Below are positions 8,697-17,334 of a DNA stretch of 64,000 bases, piece after piece. A program made the translations under genes and the position numbers. The stretch lies in IMG/VR virus record IMGVR_UViG_3300040801_002693, positions 1 through 64,000 of that record, one strand, 5' to 3'. Every line of letters begins with the position of its first letter. Positions within the stretch are counted from its first letter, which is position 1. Under the pieces are notes generated by a model. The model made no database searches. It was given only the letters and a program-made list of their open reading frames with translations, and had not been told where the DNA came from. The DNA is from a virus.

Positions 8697-9257
8697 TTAC
8701 TTATTCCTATTCCTGTTCGGTCCGCTGGTCTCTGACTCGCATTCCAATAGCTGCTTTTCGCGCTTCTGTTCTAGACTCATCAGCCATTCGCGAGCTATCT
8801 TTTCGCGCTGGTCGTCGATTAAATCGAGGGGCGCGTGGTGTCTGATATCGCCGTCGATATTAATCTGTTTTCGATCGCCGAATTGACTGGCATTATATTT
8901 TGACGCCAACCATTTAATTGAATCCACTTTTAGTTTACGCGCTTGGACTTTTTCTGGTGGTATGTCTTGTTCTAGGTCGTCTATCATATGATCTACCAGG
9001 GTCTCTGACATATATTTACGCGATTTTTGGTAATTTAATCTGAGCGTTTCATCCTGGTCTAGCCAGAAATAAATAACGTCTATTCGTATGCCATGCTTTT
9101 CGCAAGCTTTCGTTAGCGTTTTTCCTCGTTTTAAATCGCTATTAATTCGTTCAAATATAACAGGATCGAATGGCGCATATTCTTCGTACTCTCCTGGATC
9201 GACTTTATTAAAAAAAGCGCTTTCGCGCTTGGGGACGTGTGAGGTTTTTTTGGTCAT
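8697..9257 (-). CDS. terS: Terminase small subunit-like protein (186 aa)
   Basis: N-terminal HTH-like segment (GKTLTKACEKHGIRIDVIYFWL). C-terminal motif KVQARKLKVDSIKWLASKYNASQFGDRKQ matches the recalled ...RxKLxxDxxKWxxSKxxPxxYGD... signature of a common small-terminase family. Confidence 0.6.
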   Translation of the reverse strand: MTKKTSHVPKRESAFFNKVDPGEYEEYAPFDPVIFERINSDLKRGKTLTKACEKHGIRIDVIYFWLDQDETLRLNYQKSRKYMSETLVDHMIDDLEQDIPPEKVQARKLKVDSIKWLASKYNASQFGDRKQINIDGDIRHHAPLDLIDDQREKIAREWLMSLEQKREKQLLECESETSGPNRNRNK

Positions 9258-9340
9258 TTAGGCTGCCTGGTTCGTTTTCCTTTCCCTAACATCACCTAAA
9301 AAAAAATACAAATATTTTTTAAAAAAGGTGTCTGGAGGGG

Positions 9341-9369
9341 TTGACCTACCATCTTGCATAGTAGATAAT
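9341..9369 (+). promoter_or_regulatory. Early rightward promoter TTGACC-N17-GATAAT whose spacer is the 17-bp operator; also serves a leftward unit
   Basis: -35 at 9341-9346 and -10 at 9364-9369. The spacer at 9347-9363 is TACCATcttgcATAGTA. On the minus strand the same site reads TACTATgcaagATGGTAGGTC, an extended -10. Confidence 0.6.
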
Positions 9370-9437
9370 TCAATTGTAGGTTTTGAAGTGATAAACAAGG
9401 TTCGGGGTGGTCTCGAACCTGAAACAAGGGGAACATC

Positions 9438-10403
9438 ATGAAAACCAAATCTTTCCGTAGTCCGGCTGAAGCGATGGCGGCGTTTGAGTTGGCGCTTGCT
9501 AATCATATCAATGAAAAATTCGAAGAAGGTCTTTATTTTGGTGACAATGATCACTGTCTTGCTGTCTTTGGTGAAAGCATCAAATCAGTAGTCGGTATGG
9601 ATGCGCCTTATTTTGTGCATGGCATTGATGGCACTGTTATGAGTTGCGCGTCGTTCTCTGAAGCGGTTTGGGGAGCGGCGCTGCTGGCGGGAATCGATCA
9701 GCGCATAAGCTTTTCAGAATATAAAACCGCTCGTGGTGGTTGGTTCTTTGTAGAGTGGGATATCGAGCCGGTTGCACTTCCTGTTTCTGCGGTCGTTATC
9801 TCTGAATCTGATAACAAACTCGAACTGCTGCCGGTTATCGCTTCGCCCGTCTCTGACATGATCGCCCTGGCGGGCGACATGCTCGCCAGTCATGGGCCGT
9901 GTTCGGTATCGGTCCCTTACTCGTTCTATATGGCGTATGGAAGGGGCGGCAATCGCCCGTATTTCCCGGTACCGTTATTTCTGTTTCCTGTCGAAAAGCG
10001 TCCGTTCGCTCGCCCGTCCGCGCTTCTGATGCGCTTACTGGATCGGGCGGCGTCTATCGCCGCTACGGTTGCTCCTACTTCTCCTGCTGTCGTTCGCTCT
10101 GATGTTGTGGCGCGCTCGCGCTATCTCGAAAATGGGCGTGACGGTTCGCGCTTCCTGCCTTGTCCGCGTCAATGGTCGGATCACGTAAAAATCAAGGGCA
10201 AATTTGGCGCGTCATTCCTGAAAAAGTGGGATGAAGCGGCGCGGTATGCGGGGTCTGCTATCGACGCCATGATGAGAATCCAGAAAATGGGCGTTCCTTT
10301 CTCGTTGCACCTGGTTTCTCACACTTCCGGGTGTGATTCGGAACGCTGGTATGTCGGCGCGATAACGAAATTTGATCGTTTCGGCTACGTGGTTAAGTCC
10401 TGA
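9438..10403 (+). CDS. Hypothetical early protein (321 aa)
   Basis: First ORF of the rightward early operon, with a GGGGA SD 6 nt upstream. No recognisable motif. Confidence 0.55.
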   Translation: MKTKSFRSPAEAMAAFELALANHINEKFEEGLYFGDNDHCLAVFGESIKSVVGMDAPYFVHGIDGTVMSCASFSEAVWGAALLAGIDQRISFSEYKTARGGWFFVEWDIEPVALPVSAVVISESDNKLELLPVIASPVSDMIALAGDMLASHGPCSVSVPYSFYMAYGRGGNRPYFPVPLFLFPVEKRPFARPSALLMRLLDRAASIAATVAPTSPAVVRSDVVARSRYLENGRDGSRFLPCPRQWSDHVKIKGKFGASFLKKWDEAARYAGSAIDAMMRIQKMGVPFSLHLVSHTSGCDSERWYVGAITKFDRFGYVVKS

Positions 10404-10487
10404 GATTTTAATTGACAGCGCTCTGCTGATAACAGGGCGCTAGGGGAATAAGATGGAAAACTTTTTTAGTAGTGAATCGCCACATTC

Positions 10488-10664
10488 ATGCGGTTTTTAT
10501 ACCAGGCGGAATTATACATTCTGCTTAAGCTTCTGGACTCTCATGGGTGTCCGGGTGAAGTGATCGGCTCGGTCTGTCAACAGTTTGATAATAACTATCC
10601 CGACGGTCTTTACACAGCGATCGCCTGGGCTTGGAACCAGGTCGTTTCAAGGGGTGCAAAATGA
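10488..10664 (+). CDS. Hypothetical small protein (58 aa)
   Basis: Below the ORF-track cutoff. ATG at 10488; the stop overlaps the next start as ATGA. Confidence 0.35.
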   Translation: MRFLYQAELYILLKLLDSHGCPGEVIGSVCQQFDNNYPDGLYTAIAWAWNQVVSRGAK

Positions 10665-10834
10665 GTAACAAGCGCAAAATTCAATTAGAGCGTTTGTTGC
10701 GCAAACTGCGGCAAATTGAACCTGATTCATATAAGCGGGAAAGATTAATTGTTCTCGTTAAATCAAGGCTTGGTCTGGATGAATCTGGTAATAATTTAGT
10801 TCTGGCCTATTGGGCCGAAACAATGGGAGTTTGA
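10661..10834 (+). CDS. Hypothetical small protein (57 aa)
   Basis: Start trimmed to the ATG at 10661 (MSNKRKIQ...), with a GGGGTG SD-like sequence upstream. Confidence 0.5.
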   Translation: MSNKRKIQLERLLRKLRQIEPDSYKRERLIVLVKSRLGLDESGNNLVLAYWAETMGV

Positions 10835-10837
10835 TCA

Positions 10838-11125
10838 ATGAATACTCAATCATCCGCTCGTCAAAATTGGCGTATCGCTTTCCAAGCGGCTCGGTCTGGT
10901 CGCGCTCTTTATCCTGAGCAAGCTTTTAGCGTTGAAGCGCTGGCGCTTCTCAATGCATTGAAACGCTCACCGTTAAACGTCCGGCATGATCGGTGGCTCT
11001 CGAAGTCGATCGCCGATATTAGCAGGGCGTCAAAATCGGCTGCTGGCGTCACTGAAACGGCGCGTTGGTTGGTGCCCGCTCGGGCCGCGCTTTATGCGTC
11101 ATGGCATCTGCATAGGGGTGCGTGA
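10838..11125 (+). CDS. Hypothetical protein (95 aa)
   Basis: Tightly packed co-oriented early ORF. Confidence 0.5.
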   Translation: MNTQSSARQNWRIAFQAARSGRALYPEQAFSVEALALLNALKRSPLNVRHDRWLSKSIADISRASKSAAGVTETARWLVPARAALYASWHLHRGA

Positions 11126-11126
11126 T

Positions 11127-11432
11127 ATGGCGACTTATCGCACTGTAGTTTATATGGATTCTTCTGACGCTGATGAGGTACAGGCGATCATCAAAAAAGC
11201 GGAATGGTCTCGACGGGGTGCGGCGTGGGTTCTCCGCTATCTTCAACAATGGGATACCAATGAAGGGGATATTTCTGATAGTGCGCCCTGGGGCGGGAAT
11301 GATGACTTTGAGCGGTTTCCCTGCTCGCGGTCGGGCCGTCTTGATCGGCGTTCTAATTCGGCTGAATGGGTGGTTAGTTGGAATGATCACCTTGATTATA
11401 TTTCTTTAACCTTTGTTAATTGGAGTGAATAA
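11127..11432 (+). CDS. Hypothetical protein (101 aa)
   Basis: Start trimmed to the ATG at 11127, 1 nt after the upstream stop, with an AGGGG SD. Confidence 0.5.
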   Translation: MATYRTVVYMDSSDADEVQAIIKKAEWSRRGAAWVLRYLQQWDTNEGDISDSAPWGGNDDFERFPCSRSGRLDRRSNSAEWVVSWNDHLDYISLTFVNWSE

Positions 11433-11433
11433 A

Positions 11434-11928
11434 ATGGATAGCGCATACGATAGTTTCGATTTCGAGTATGAGGGTTTGCAGTTCAAAGCGAACCTTTATT
11501 ATGACGATAGCGGGATAATCCCATTTAAGGAGTTCGATTGTTATGGAGTTGTTTCTGATTGGACTTCGCGCGACAAGGCTCCGGGTGAACGCGAACTATA
11601 TTCGGATCGCGGGGATAAAAGATTTTTCGATCACGCGGCAACCGTCGCGCTTTTTAAGTCCTGGGGCGCTACTGGTGAAGACGCGGATAAACAGGCTAAA
11701 CAGGCGTTTGATCGGCTCCGGGGTTGGTATAACGATAACTGGTTTTACTGTGGCATCTCGATCATCCTGTGCGATGACTCCGGGGATGAAATAGACGGAG
11801 AAGGTTATCAGTTCGCTTTATGGGGTATTGAAAGCGATGCGGACGGTTATCATCGGGAAGTCGCCCGGGAACTGGCTTCTGAGGTTATCGCTAGTTATCA
11901 AGCTGGTATGATGGGGGTGGCGGCATGA
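11434..11928 (+). CDS. Hypothetical protein (164 aa)
   Basis: ATG at 11434 with a GGAG SD. The WGIESD and FDCYG motifs are recalled from phage/plasmid leading-region proteins; function unknown. Confidence 0.55.
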   Translation: MDSAYDSFDFEYEGLQFKANLYYDDSGIIPFKEFDCYGVVSDWTSRDKAPGERELYSDRGDKRFFDHAATVALFKSWGATGEDADKQAKQAFDRLRGWYNDNWFYCGISIILCDDSGDEIDGEGYQFALWGIESDADGYHREVARELASEVIASYQAGMMGVAA

Positions 11929-12218
11929 TCGCGATATCCGAAAAACTCGCTACTCGGTTGGGGATATCTCCTACTGAAAAACTGCCCTTGGTGGCGTGGC
12001 CTGGGTGTTATCCGCTGGCTTATTACAGTGAAGATATGTGTGTTTTTTGTCCTGACTGTGCGGAACGATTGAGGGATGAAATAGTTGATGCTGACGTGTA
12101 TTGGGAAGGGGCCGCTATGCAGTGCGATGAGTGTAATACACTTATCGAGTCCGCTTATGGTGACCCTTGGGCCGAAACTGATGAAACTTTGAATAACGGG
12201 AGTATTGAAAATGTCTGA
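11925..12218 (+). CDS. Small zinc-ribbon protein (97 aa)
   Basis: ATGA overlap with the upstream gene. Contains CVFCPDC...CDECN. Confidence 0.55.
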   Translation: MIAISEKLATRLGISPTEKLPLVAWPGCYPLAYYSEDMCVFCPDCAERLRDEIVDADVYWEGAAMQCDECNTLIESAYGDPWAETDETLNNGSIENV

Positions 12219-12537
12219 TTATAACGGTTGGAAAAACTATCAAACATGGAATGTTAATTTATGGCTACAGGAAAGCGGCGTAACTGATGATTTTTTTGAG
12301 GAAAGTCGGCGTATGGATATTTATCAACTAGCTGATCACATCAGACAGACGTTTGATGAAATTTGGCCTATACCGGATGAATCCGGGCCGCTCGCCGATT
12401 TGCTTGGTTCTGCTCTTGATGCTGTTGATTGGTGTGAAATTGCGGAACATTATGTCGATGATTCTGATGACTCTGATGGTCTTGAATTTACCAGGCTCGC
12501 TAAAATCAACGCTATGATAAAGGGGTTAAATCAATGA
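12211..12537 (+). CDS. Hypothetical Trp-rich acidic protein (108 aa)
   Basis: ATG at 12211 with a GGGAG SD. The GWKNYQTWNVNLW motif is recalled as common in phage and plasmid accessory regions. Confidence 0.55.
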   Translation: MSDYNGWKNYQTWNVNLWLQESGVTDDFFEESRRMDIYQLADHIRQTFDEIWPIPDESGPLADLLGSALDAVDWCEIAEHYVDDSDDSDGLEFTRLAKINAMIKGLNQ

Positions 12538-13073
12538 ATAACCAATTAACTCTTTCTGAGTGCAAAGCGATTATTCGGAATGCTCGCAATAATCAGGGAT
12601 ATAAGTTCGGCTCTCCGCTGGCTGCGTTCCTCTATGATTCTGACTGGATGTCGTGCTGTAACTTTGAAGGGAGTCTGGAGGGTTTCGGCTGGGCGGGCGC
12701 GTGGACGTTATCTCATCCTCTGGATGGGGAACTGGCGCTTTTCCGGGAGTGTAGGGACACAGCAGTAACATGCGTTGTGCTTTATCAGGATGATAGCGGG
12801 TTTGTGTCGGCATGGGCGGAAACCCGTCCAGCCGATAAAGTTGAAAAGGCGCTAAATGAAGAGTTCTATCCGGGCTGTTTTTCGTGCGGTGCTACTATTC
12901 CGTATGGTGAAGGATTGGAAATATACGATGCTGTTTATTGCGAAAATTGCGCCTGCGAGTGCGATGTTTGCGGGCAAGTCGCGCTGACTGATGATTGTAT
13001 CCTTGATGTGATCGATCAAGATACTGGGGAGCAAGGGCGCGTTTGCTCTGAATGCATAGAAGTTTCTGCTTAG
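12534..13073 (+). CDS. Hypothetical Cys-rich protein (179 aa)
   Basis: ATGA overlap with the upstream gene. C-terminal CENCACECDVCG...CSEC cluster. Confidence 0.55.
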   Translation: MNNQLTLSECKAIIRNARNNQGYKFGSPLAAFLYDSDWMSCCNFEGSLEGFGWAGAWTLSHPLDGELALFRECRDTAVTCVVLYQDDSGFVSAWAETRPADKVEKALNEEFYPGCFSCGATIPYGEGLEIYDAVYCENCACECDVCGQVALTDDCILDVIDQDTGEQGRVCSECIEVSA

Positions 13074-13169
13074 TCTTGTTTCTTCTGCCTGCCCCTGCGG
13101 GGGTAGGTTTTGGAAAGATGGCTTTTAGTGCTCCGGGTGGTCTGGGGTGCTTGTTCGGAGGGTAGTACC

Positions 13170-13490
13170 ATGTTGAATAGTTACCGCTTTTCAATGATTG
13201 AGGTTCGCCAGTTGTCGCGGCGGGCGTGGGAAGTGCGGCGCTTTGAAGCGGCGCGTCTCTGTATTCCGGTTCTGTCGGTGTCCTGGCGCATGTGTCTGGT
13301 CGTCGCCAAAAAAGAGGCGCTTCGGCGCGATACGGCGCGAGTCAAGCGCGAATCGGCGGCGCTTTATCGCGGGGCCGCGTTAGTGCGCGTTGGGGTGCCC
13401 ATGTATGCGGCGTTGCCGGTTTCTCGGCGTTCGCTCGTTTCTGTGGTCGCTCGCGCGGCGGTTCTGGTTTTGTCTGTTCTGTCTATTTAG
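13170..13490 (+). CDS. Hypothetical protein with hydrophobic C-terminus (106 aa), uncertain
   Basis: ATG at 13170 follows a GGAGGG SD. It lies in a G+C-rich stretch where three frames are open, so coding status is uncertain. Confidence 0.35.
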   Translation: MLNSYRFSMIEVRQLSRRAWEVRRFEAARLCIPVLSVSWRMCLVVAKKEALRRDTARVKRESAALYRGAALVRVGVPMYAALPVSRRSLVSVVARAAVLVLSVLSI

Positions 13491-13499
13491 GGGGTCGTC

Positions 13500-13724
13500 A
13501 TGATTATTGATCGTGTGAAGTGGGAAAGATATCCGTCTATCGAGTTGGGCGGCGTGGTGTTTTACAGGGGCCGCTATAAAGGCGCAACCGCTTTTCTTTG
13601 CAAGCGGGAGTCCGGGGAAGTCGCCGGATATTTGGGCGGGCTTGCGCCCTGCTGTATCGGCGTTTATGCCGATATCGATCAGGCTTTTAATCATCTTGAG
13701 GGGGAGCTTTATGCCAATGCTTAA
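13500..13724 (+). CDS. Hypothetical protein (74 aa)
   Basis: GGGGG SD upstream; co-oriented early ORF. Confidence 0.5.
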   Translation: MIIDRVKWERYPSIELGGVVFYRGRYKGATAFLCKRESGEVAGYLGGLAPCCIGVYADIDQAFNHLEGELYANA

Positions 13725-13920
13725 TCTTCAGGGTTTTGCTAGTAGGCGGAAAATTATTCCCTTCCATAGTAAACGGGTCGCGGGTTGCTGGCTATTAGAA
13801 CAGGGATTTAAGAAGTCCGGGGCCGCGTGGGTTTCTGATGATTCGCGGGCGATTTGGGTTGAAGATTTTGGGAGAGCGGGCGGTTTTGTCATGCTGAAAA
13901 AAGGTGAAAACAATGGATAA
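13711..13920 (+). CDS. Hypothetical protein (69 aa)
   Basis: Start trimmed to the ATG at 13711 behind a GAGGGGGAG SD. Confidence 0.45.
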   Translation: MPMLNLQGFASRRKIIPFHSKRVAGCWLLEQGFKKSGAAWVSDDSRAIWVEDFGRAGGFVMLKKGENNG

Positions 13921-14275
13921 GATTAAGTGTGTCGTCCGGGTCTGGAAGGGCAAACAATTCAAGCCTACACCTATTCTGATTTTTCCCTATGATGCTGATG
14001 TGAATTTCACAGTCGGCATGTGGGAGCCTGTAGGGCAACATGGGAGCGGGAATTATAGTTGTGTTATGTCGATGACTCGACCGGCTACTAATGAAGAGGC
14101 CGAACAAGTTTGTCGGGAGTATGAGCGCTATTATAGCGGGTGTGGAGGTGACGAACCTTTTACGCTCGTGATTATTAAAAAAGCGTCCGGTTCTAAGATG
14201 TCGGCGGCATTTGACGAACTGCGTCGTCATATCGTTGAAAACGGCATAAATGCATGGATTCCTTTTAAGGTGTAA
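13913..14275 (+). CDS. Hypothetical protein (120 aa)
   Basis: ATG at 13913 with an AAGGTG SD; overlaps the upstream stop. Confidence 0.55.
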   Translation: MDKIKCVVRVWKGKQFKPTPILIFPYDADVNFTVGMWEPVGQHGSGNYSCVMSMTRPATNEEAEQVCREYERYYSGCGGDEPFTLVIIKKASGSKMSAAFDELRRHIVENGINAWIPFKV

Positions 14276-14277
14276 TT

Positions 14278-14469
14278 ATGAAACAAGATGAACTTAAGCA
14301 ATTAATTAAAGCCGCTCTTTCTAGCGCGTCTCAGCGGGAACGGGACAAAAGAAAAGCAGGCAACGATTATTTATCAGGGATTTCTGAGGGTCGTTGTCAA
14401 GCATTGGATGCTGTGCTTGGGGCACTTAACGGCAAGCCTTTAAATCTTTCTATTCTAGGTGACTTATGA
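14278..14469 (+). CDS. Hypothetical protein (63 aa)
   Basis: Tightly packed early ORF. Confidence 0.5.
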   Translation: MKQDELKQLIKAALSSASQRERDKRKAGNDYLSGISEGRCQALDAVLGALNGKPLNLSILGDL

Positions 14470-14966
14470 AAACTTGGGAAACTCCTAGCAGTTATTTCGG
14501 CTTTAATCCGGTTGGTGATTTTGTTGTTTATGTGCGCCACAGGGAATCGAATCATCTGGATAACTCCAATTTTGAGACGATTAAAGCGCATCTTGAAAAA
14601 GTTGCGGCTGGCCTGCCAGAGCCTGATGAGCGGGCCGATCGTGACGGGTTCGGGTGGGTTTATACCTGGTCGGCTACACATTTCGGCTATGGGTGGGTTG
14701 AATATCTCATGATCAGGGAAGACGCACCGGCGGCGCTAATTGAAGCGGGGCGGGAAGTCGAAAAGCGTCTAGCTGACTATCCGGTTTTCGATGAAGACGA
14801 TTGGGGTGATAGGCAATACAAGGGAATTCAAGATTATTGGGAGGGTCTTGGGCTACGCGAGAAAATAGAGTATTGCGTGGAAGCGGGGCTTTCATGCTTT
14901 GCGGCGCGTGGTGAATGTACAGGTCAATTATTCGACCTATTTTTTGATAAACCGGATTTCTCTTAA
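14466..14966 (+). CDS. Hypothetical protein (166 aa)
   Basis: ATGA overlap with the upstream gene. The LADYPVFDEDDW motif is recalled from phage/plasmid accessory proteins. Confidence 0.55.
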   Translation: MKTWETPSSYFGFNPVGDFVVYVRHRESNHLDNSNFETIKAHLEKVAAGLPEPDERADRDGFGWVYTWSATHFGYGWVEYLMIREDAPAALIEAGREVEKRLADYPVFDEDDWGDRQYKGIQDYWEGLGLREKIEYCVEAGLSCFAARGECTGQLFDLFFDKPDFS

Positions 14967-14974
14967 AACTGTTC

Positions 14975-14996
14975 GCCCGCTATGAGCGGGCTTTTT
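14975..14996 (+). terminator. Rho-independent terminator GCCCGC-tatga-GCGGGC-TTTTT
   Basis: 6-bp GC stem followed by a T5 run, directly after the 14966 stop. Confidence 0.7.
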
Positions 14997-15011
14997 GCGG
15001 GAGCGCTAAAT

Positions 15012-15299
15012 ATGAATGCTGGTAAATCTGTGCTCTGGTTCTCCTGTATCTGCGCTACTCCTGTTGAATCGGTTTGGTCTGCGCTGTCTCTTGAATCGCA
15101 GTTTAACGGGGTGCTTGAAAAACGGGCCGCGCTAAATGATGGGGTTTATCCGCTAATGCAGATAACCAACCTATTTCCTCGGGGTGGTTATTTTGAAGCG
15201 GGTGGTTGGGCAAATATGCGGCGCTTTGGGGTGCTTCCGGCGCTTATCGATCGCTACTATGTAGCGCTTCCGTCCTGGCTGCGGTCGCTTGGCATTTAA
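15012..15299 (+). CDS. Hypothetical protein (95 aa), weak
   Basis: ORF bracketed by two near-identical terminator modules. No clear SD. Confidence 0.3.
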   Translation: MNAGKSVLWFSCICATPVESVWSALSLESQFNGVLEKRAALNDGVYPLMQITNLFPRGGYFEAGGWANMRRFGVLPALIDRYYVALPSWLRSLGI

Positions 15300-15315
15300 C
15301 TCAATCTCAATCCAA

Positions 15316-15338
15316 GCTCGCTTATGGCGGGCTTTTTT
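15316..15338 (+). terminator. Second copy of the terminator module (GCTCGC-ttatg-GCGGGC-TTTTTT)
   Basis: Shares ...TATG(A)GCGGGCTTTTTGCGGG... with the 14975 terminator. 6-bp stem (one G-U pair) followed by a T6 run. Confidence 0.6.
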
Positions 15339-15339
15339 G

Positions 15340-15690
15340 CGGGTGCCGTGGGTGTCGGTACGTGGTTCTGTGTCGCTTGTCCAGGGTTGCGGTTGCCGGG
15401 TCTGGATGCGTGTCCGGGATGGGGCGGCGGGCGGGTTGTTTCGGGGTGCGCTTCTGCTGTCCAGGGTTGTGGGTCTGGTTGTGGTGCTCGGCGCGGGTCT
15501 GTGTCGTCTAGCGGTTGCCGGGTCTGGGTGTTTCGCTGGCTGATTGTTCGGGGTGCGGTTTTGGTTTTCGATCGTTGCCGGTTTCGATGTTGCGGTTTTG
15601 AGGGTATGGGGTGGGCCGAAAAAGGGGCGGCGAAACCGGGCACAACTGGGCGGTATCTGGTCGGGGTGCGGCGGCGGCACGGGCGCGTCT
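15340..15690. repeat. G+T-rich strand-asymmetric non-coding island with internal direct repeats
   Basis: TGTCCAGGGTTG at 15378 and 15458. GCGGTTGCCGGGTCTGG at 15389 and 15511. CGGGGTGCG at 15442, 15549 and 15662. Only Pro/Arg/Gly-rich ORFs, in all frames. Confidence 0.6.
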
Positions 15691-15696
15691 CTTCAA

Positions 15697-15777
15697 CATA
15701 GTGGCCGATACTGACCGGCTGATAGTTCGTTGTCATAGTGGCCGATACTGACCTCATCATAGTGGCCGATACTGACC
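15697..15777. repeat. Three 20-bp direct repeats CATAGTGGCCGATACTGACC
   Basis: Identical copies at 15697-15716, 15734-15753 and 15758-15777, just upstream of the promoter of the RHH gene. Confidence 0.8.
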
Positions 15778-15798
15778 CAAAATAAATTCAAAAAGGTG

Positions 15799-15827
15799 TT
15801 GCATTATTTAGTATGGATAGGTATAAT
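15799..15827 (+). promoter_or_regulatory. Sigma70-type promoter TTGCAT-N17-TATAAT
   Basis: -35 at 15799-15804 and -10 at 15822-15827. Same geometry as the operator promoters, but with a degenerate operator. Confidence 0.6.
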
Positions 15828-15853
15828 GTTCTCACTGTCAAAGAGGAAACAAA

Positions 15854-16075
15854 GTGAGCAATTCAAACACTGATGCTTCTCGCGCATCTCGTCAGCGAAA
15901 TAAGGATCGCTGGCTGCTGGAACAAAAGGCGCGAGGCGCTAAGCAGATTTACGTTCTGCTCTCAAAAGAGGATGCGGAACGCCTGGATAGACTGGCTTTG
16001 ATCTACAAAACGAAAGTCAATGCAATTTCATTGGCTTTAAGGAAACTCGAAGGGGATAGTAATGTTGATAGATGA
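15854..16075 (+). CDS. Ribbon-helix-helix (CopG/Arc-like) DNA-binding protein (73 aa)
   Basis: GTG start with an AAGAGGAAA SD. KQIYVLLSKEDAERLDRLALIY fits a beta-strand/helix/helix RHH pattern. Confidence 0.55.
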   Translation: MSNSNTDASRASRQRNKDRWLLEQKARGAKQIYVLLSKEDAERLDRLALIYKTKVNAISLALRKLEGDSNVDR

Positions 16076-16158
16076 TTACGGGAGCTTAATCTCCATTCCA
16101 TACTGTTTTGCAGCGGTTTATTTCTGGAATCATACTGAATACCATTAAGGGGAATAAG

Positions 16159-16875
16159 ATGTTTTACGTGATCGAAACTGAATATGTGGGGCCGAATGAA
16201 AACCCGGACTCTCATACTTACCACATCCAAACCTGTCCTGGCCGAAAGAATATGAGTCACGAACCTGCTGTTAGCGGTTGGCTCGGAACGACAAACGACT
16301 GGAGTCGAACTGCTCACGGGGAGTTTGAGACCATCCAGGCCGCACAAACCAAAATCCACGAACTCACGGGCGGCAAATACCGCGAACAGGAATTAGAGGA
16401 AAGCGACCTTGTTATCAGCATGGATGCTGACGGCAACGTAACTGACTATATCGTTTATTCGGTGCTGGATGGCGATCTTGAGGAGTTGGATGCCGAAACC
16501 TCTCAGACGTGGTGTTACGACTCAATGCGAGAGACGATTAAGGCTTTCTCCAGCGGTGATGAAATCCGCGTATGGATTCAGGAATGTGCGCACGATTTAG
16601 CGGCGGATGGCGGCGAACTGGATGAGGATGCGGTTGAGCGTATGGCTATCGACTACCGCAATGAACTCAGGAATGACGAGTTCTACCAGGATGCTTTCAC
16701 GTCTGACTCAAGTTGGGGGCCAGGGGATTTTGAAGCGTTCGTTGCTGAATGCGGGCTTACTGAATCCGATCCTGACGACTTTTTTGGTCAACGCGCTTGG
16801 CGCGTGTGGGATGCGCTAAACGACAGCCAAAAGCAGGTCTTTATTGATCGTTATAACGATTGGCTTGAACAATAA
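16159..16875 (+). CDS. Acidic hypothetical protein (238 aa)
   Basis: ATG at 16159 with an AAGGGGA SD. Strongly Asp/Glu-rich throughout. Confidence 0.55.
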   Translation: MFYVIETEYVGPNENPDSHTYHIQTCPGRKNMSHEPAVSGWLGTTNDWSRTAHGEFETIQAAQTKIHELTGGKYREQELEESDLVISMDADGNVTDYIVYSVLDGDLEELDAETSQTWCYDSMRETIKAFSSGDEIRVWIQECAHDLAADGGELDEDAVERMAIDYRNELRNDEFYQDAFTSDSSWGPGDFEAFVAECGLTESDPDDFFGQRAWRVWDALNDSQKQVFIDRYNDWLEQ

Positions 16876-16885
16876 GAGGTTAATC

Positions 16886-17047
16886 ATGAATAGCGTAACA
16901 ATGCTGAAAACCAAATTACCGAAAGGGTATCTGTTTGAGAATCAAGCGCCTCTTGGTAGTAAACCAAACTGGAAAATCATAAAAGCAACAAAAAATCGCT
17001 ATCCATCTTTTGTACGTCATGAAGCAAAGAGTGAAGCAAAGGGGTAA
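16886..17047 (+). CDS. Hypothetical small protein (53 aa)
   Basis: ATG at 16886 with an AAGAGG SD. Confidence 0.4.
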   Translation: MNSVTMLKTKLPKGYLFENQAPLGSKPNWKIIKATKNRYPSFVRHEAKSEAKG

Positions 17048-17049
17048 GC

Positions 17050-17289
17050 ATGAATACCGAATTTATTAAGTTAGCTTTGGAAAACGCACCTATAGCGGCG
17101 AACGTCAATCCTGATATTTACGGGTTTGTCGTCAAAGATGAAGCAAATCGCCTGTTTGTCTGCGCCCGATGTGGGGCGCGAATGATGGCAAGAGGGTGCT
17201 GGAGGGGAACTGAAACAGAACGGGTGGTCTGGCGCGATGAAAAACCGGATGCTTCTCAATGCGTAGGTTGTGACGAAACGATTAACTAA
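17050..17289 (+). CDS. Small zinc-ribbon protein, paralogue A (79 aa)
   Basis: NPDIYGFVVKDE...CARCGARMM...CVGCDE. Clear paralogue of 18493-18726. Confidence 0.6.
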   Translation: MNTEFIKLALENAPIAANVNPDIYGFVVKDEANRLFVCARCGARMMARGCWRGTETERVVWRDEKPDASQCVGCDETIN

Positions 17290-17334
17290 CCAATAACTCG
17301 TCCTGGTCATAGGGCGAGTTCAAAAGGTGGAAAA

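Noticed and set aside
9258-9554. 98-aa minus-strand ORF upstream of terS
   Set aside because: It spans the A+T-rich divergent promoter region and the 5' end of the 9438 gene in antisense. No SD, and implausible composition.
15171-15760. Six overlapping ORFs (63-169 aa, both strands) in the 15.3-15.7 kb G+T-rich island
   Set aside because: Same reasoning: multi-frame openness, Pro/Arg/Thr or Gly/Cys/Val low complexity, and internal DNA repeats explain the peptide repeats.
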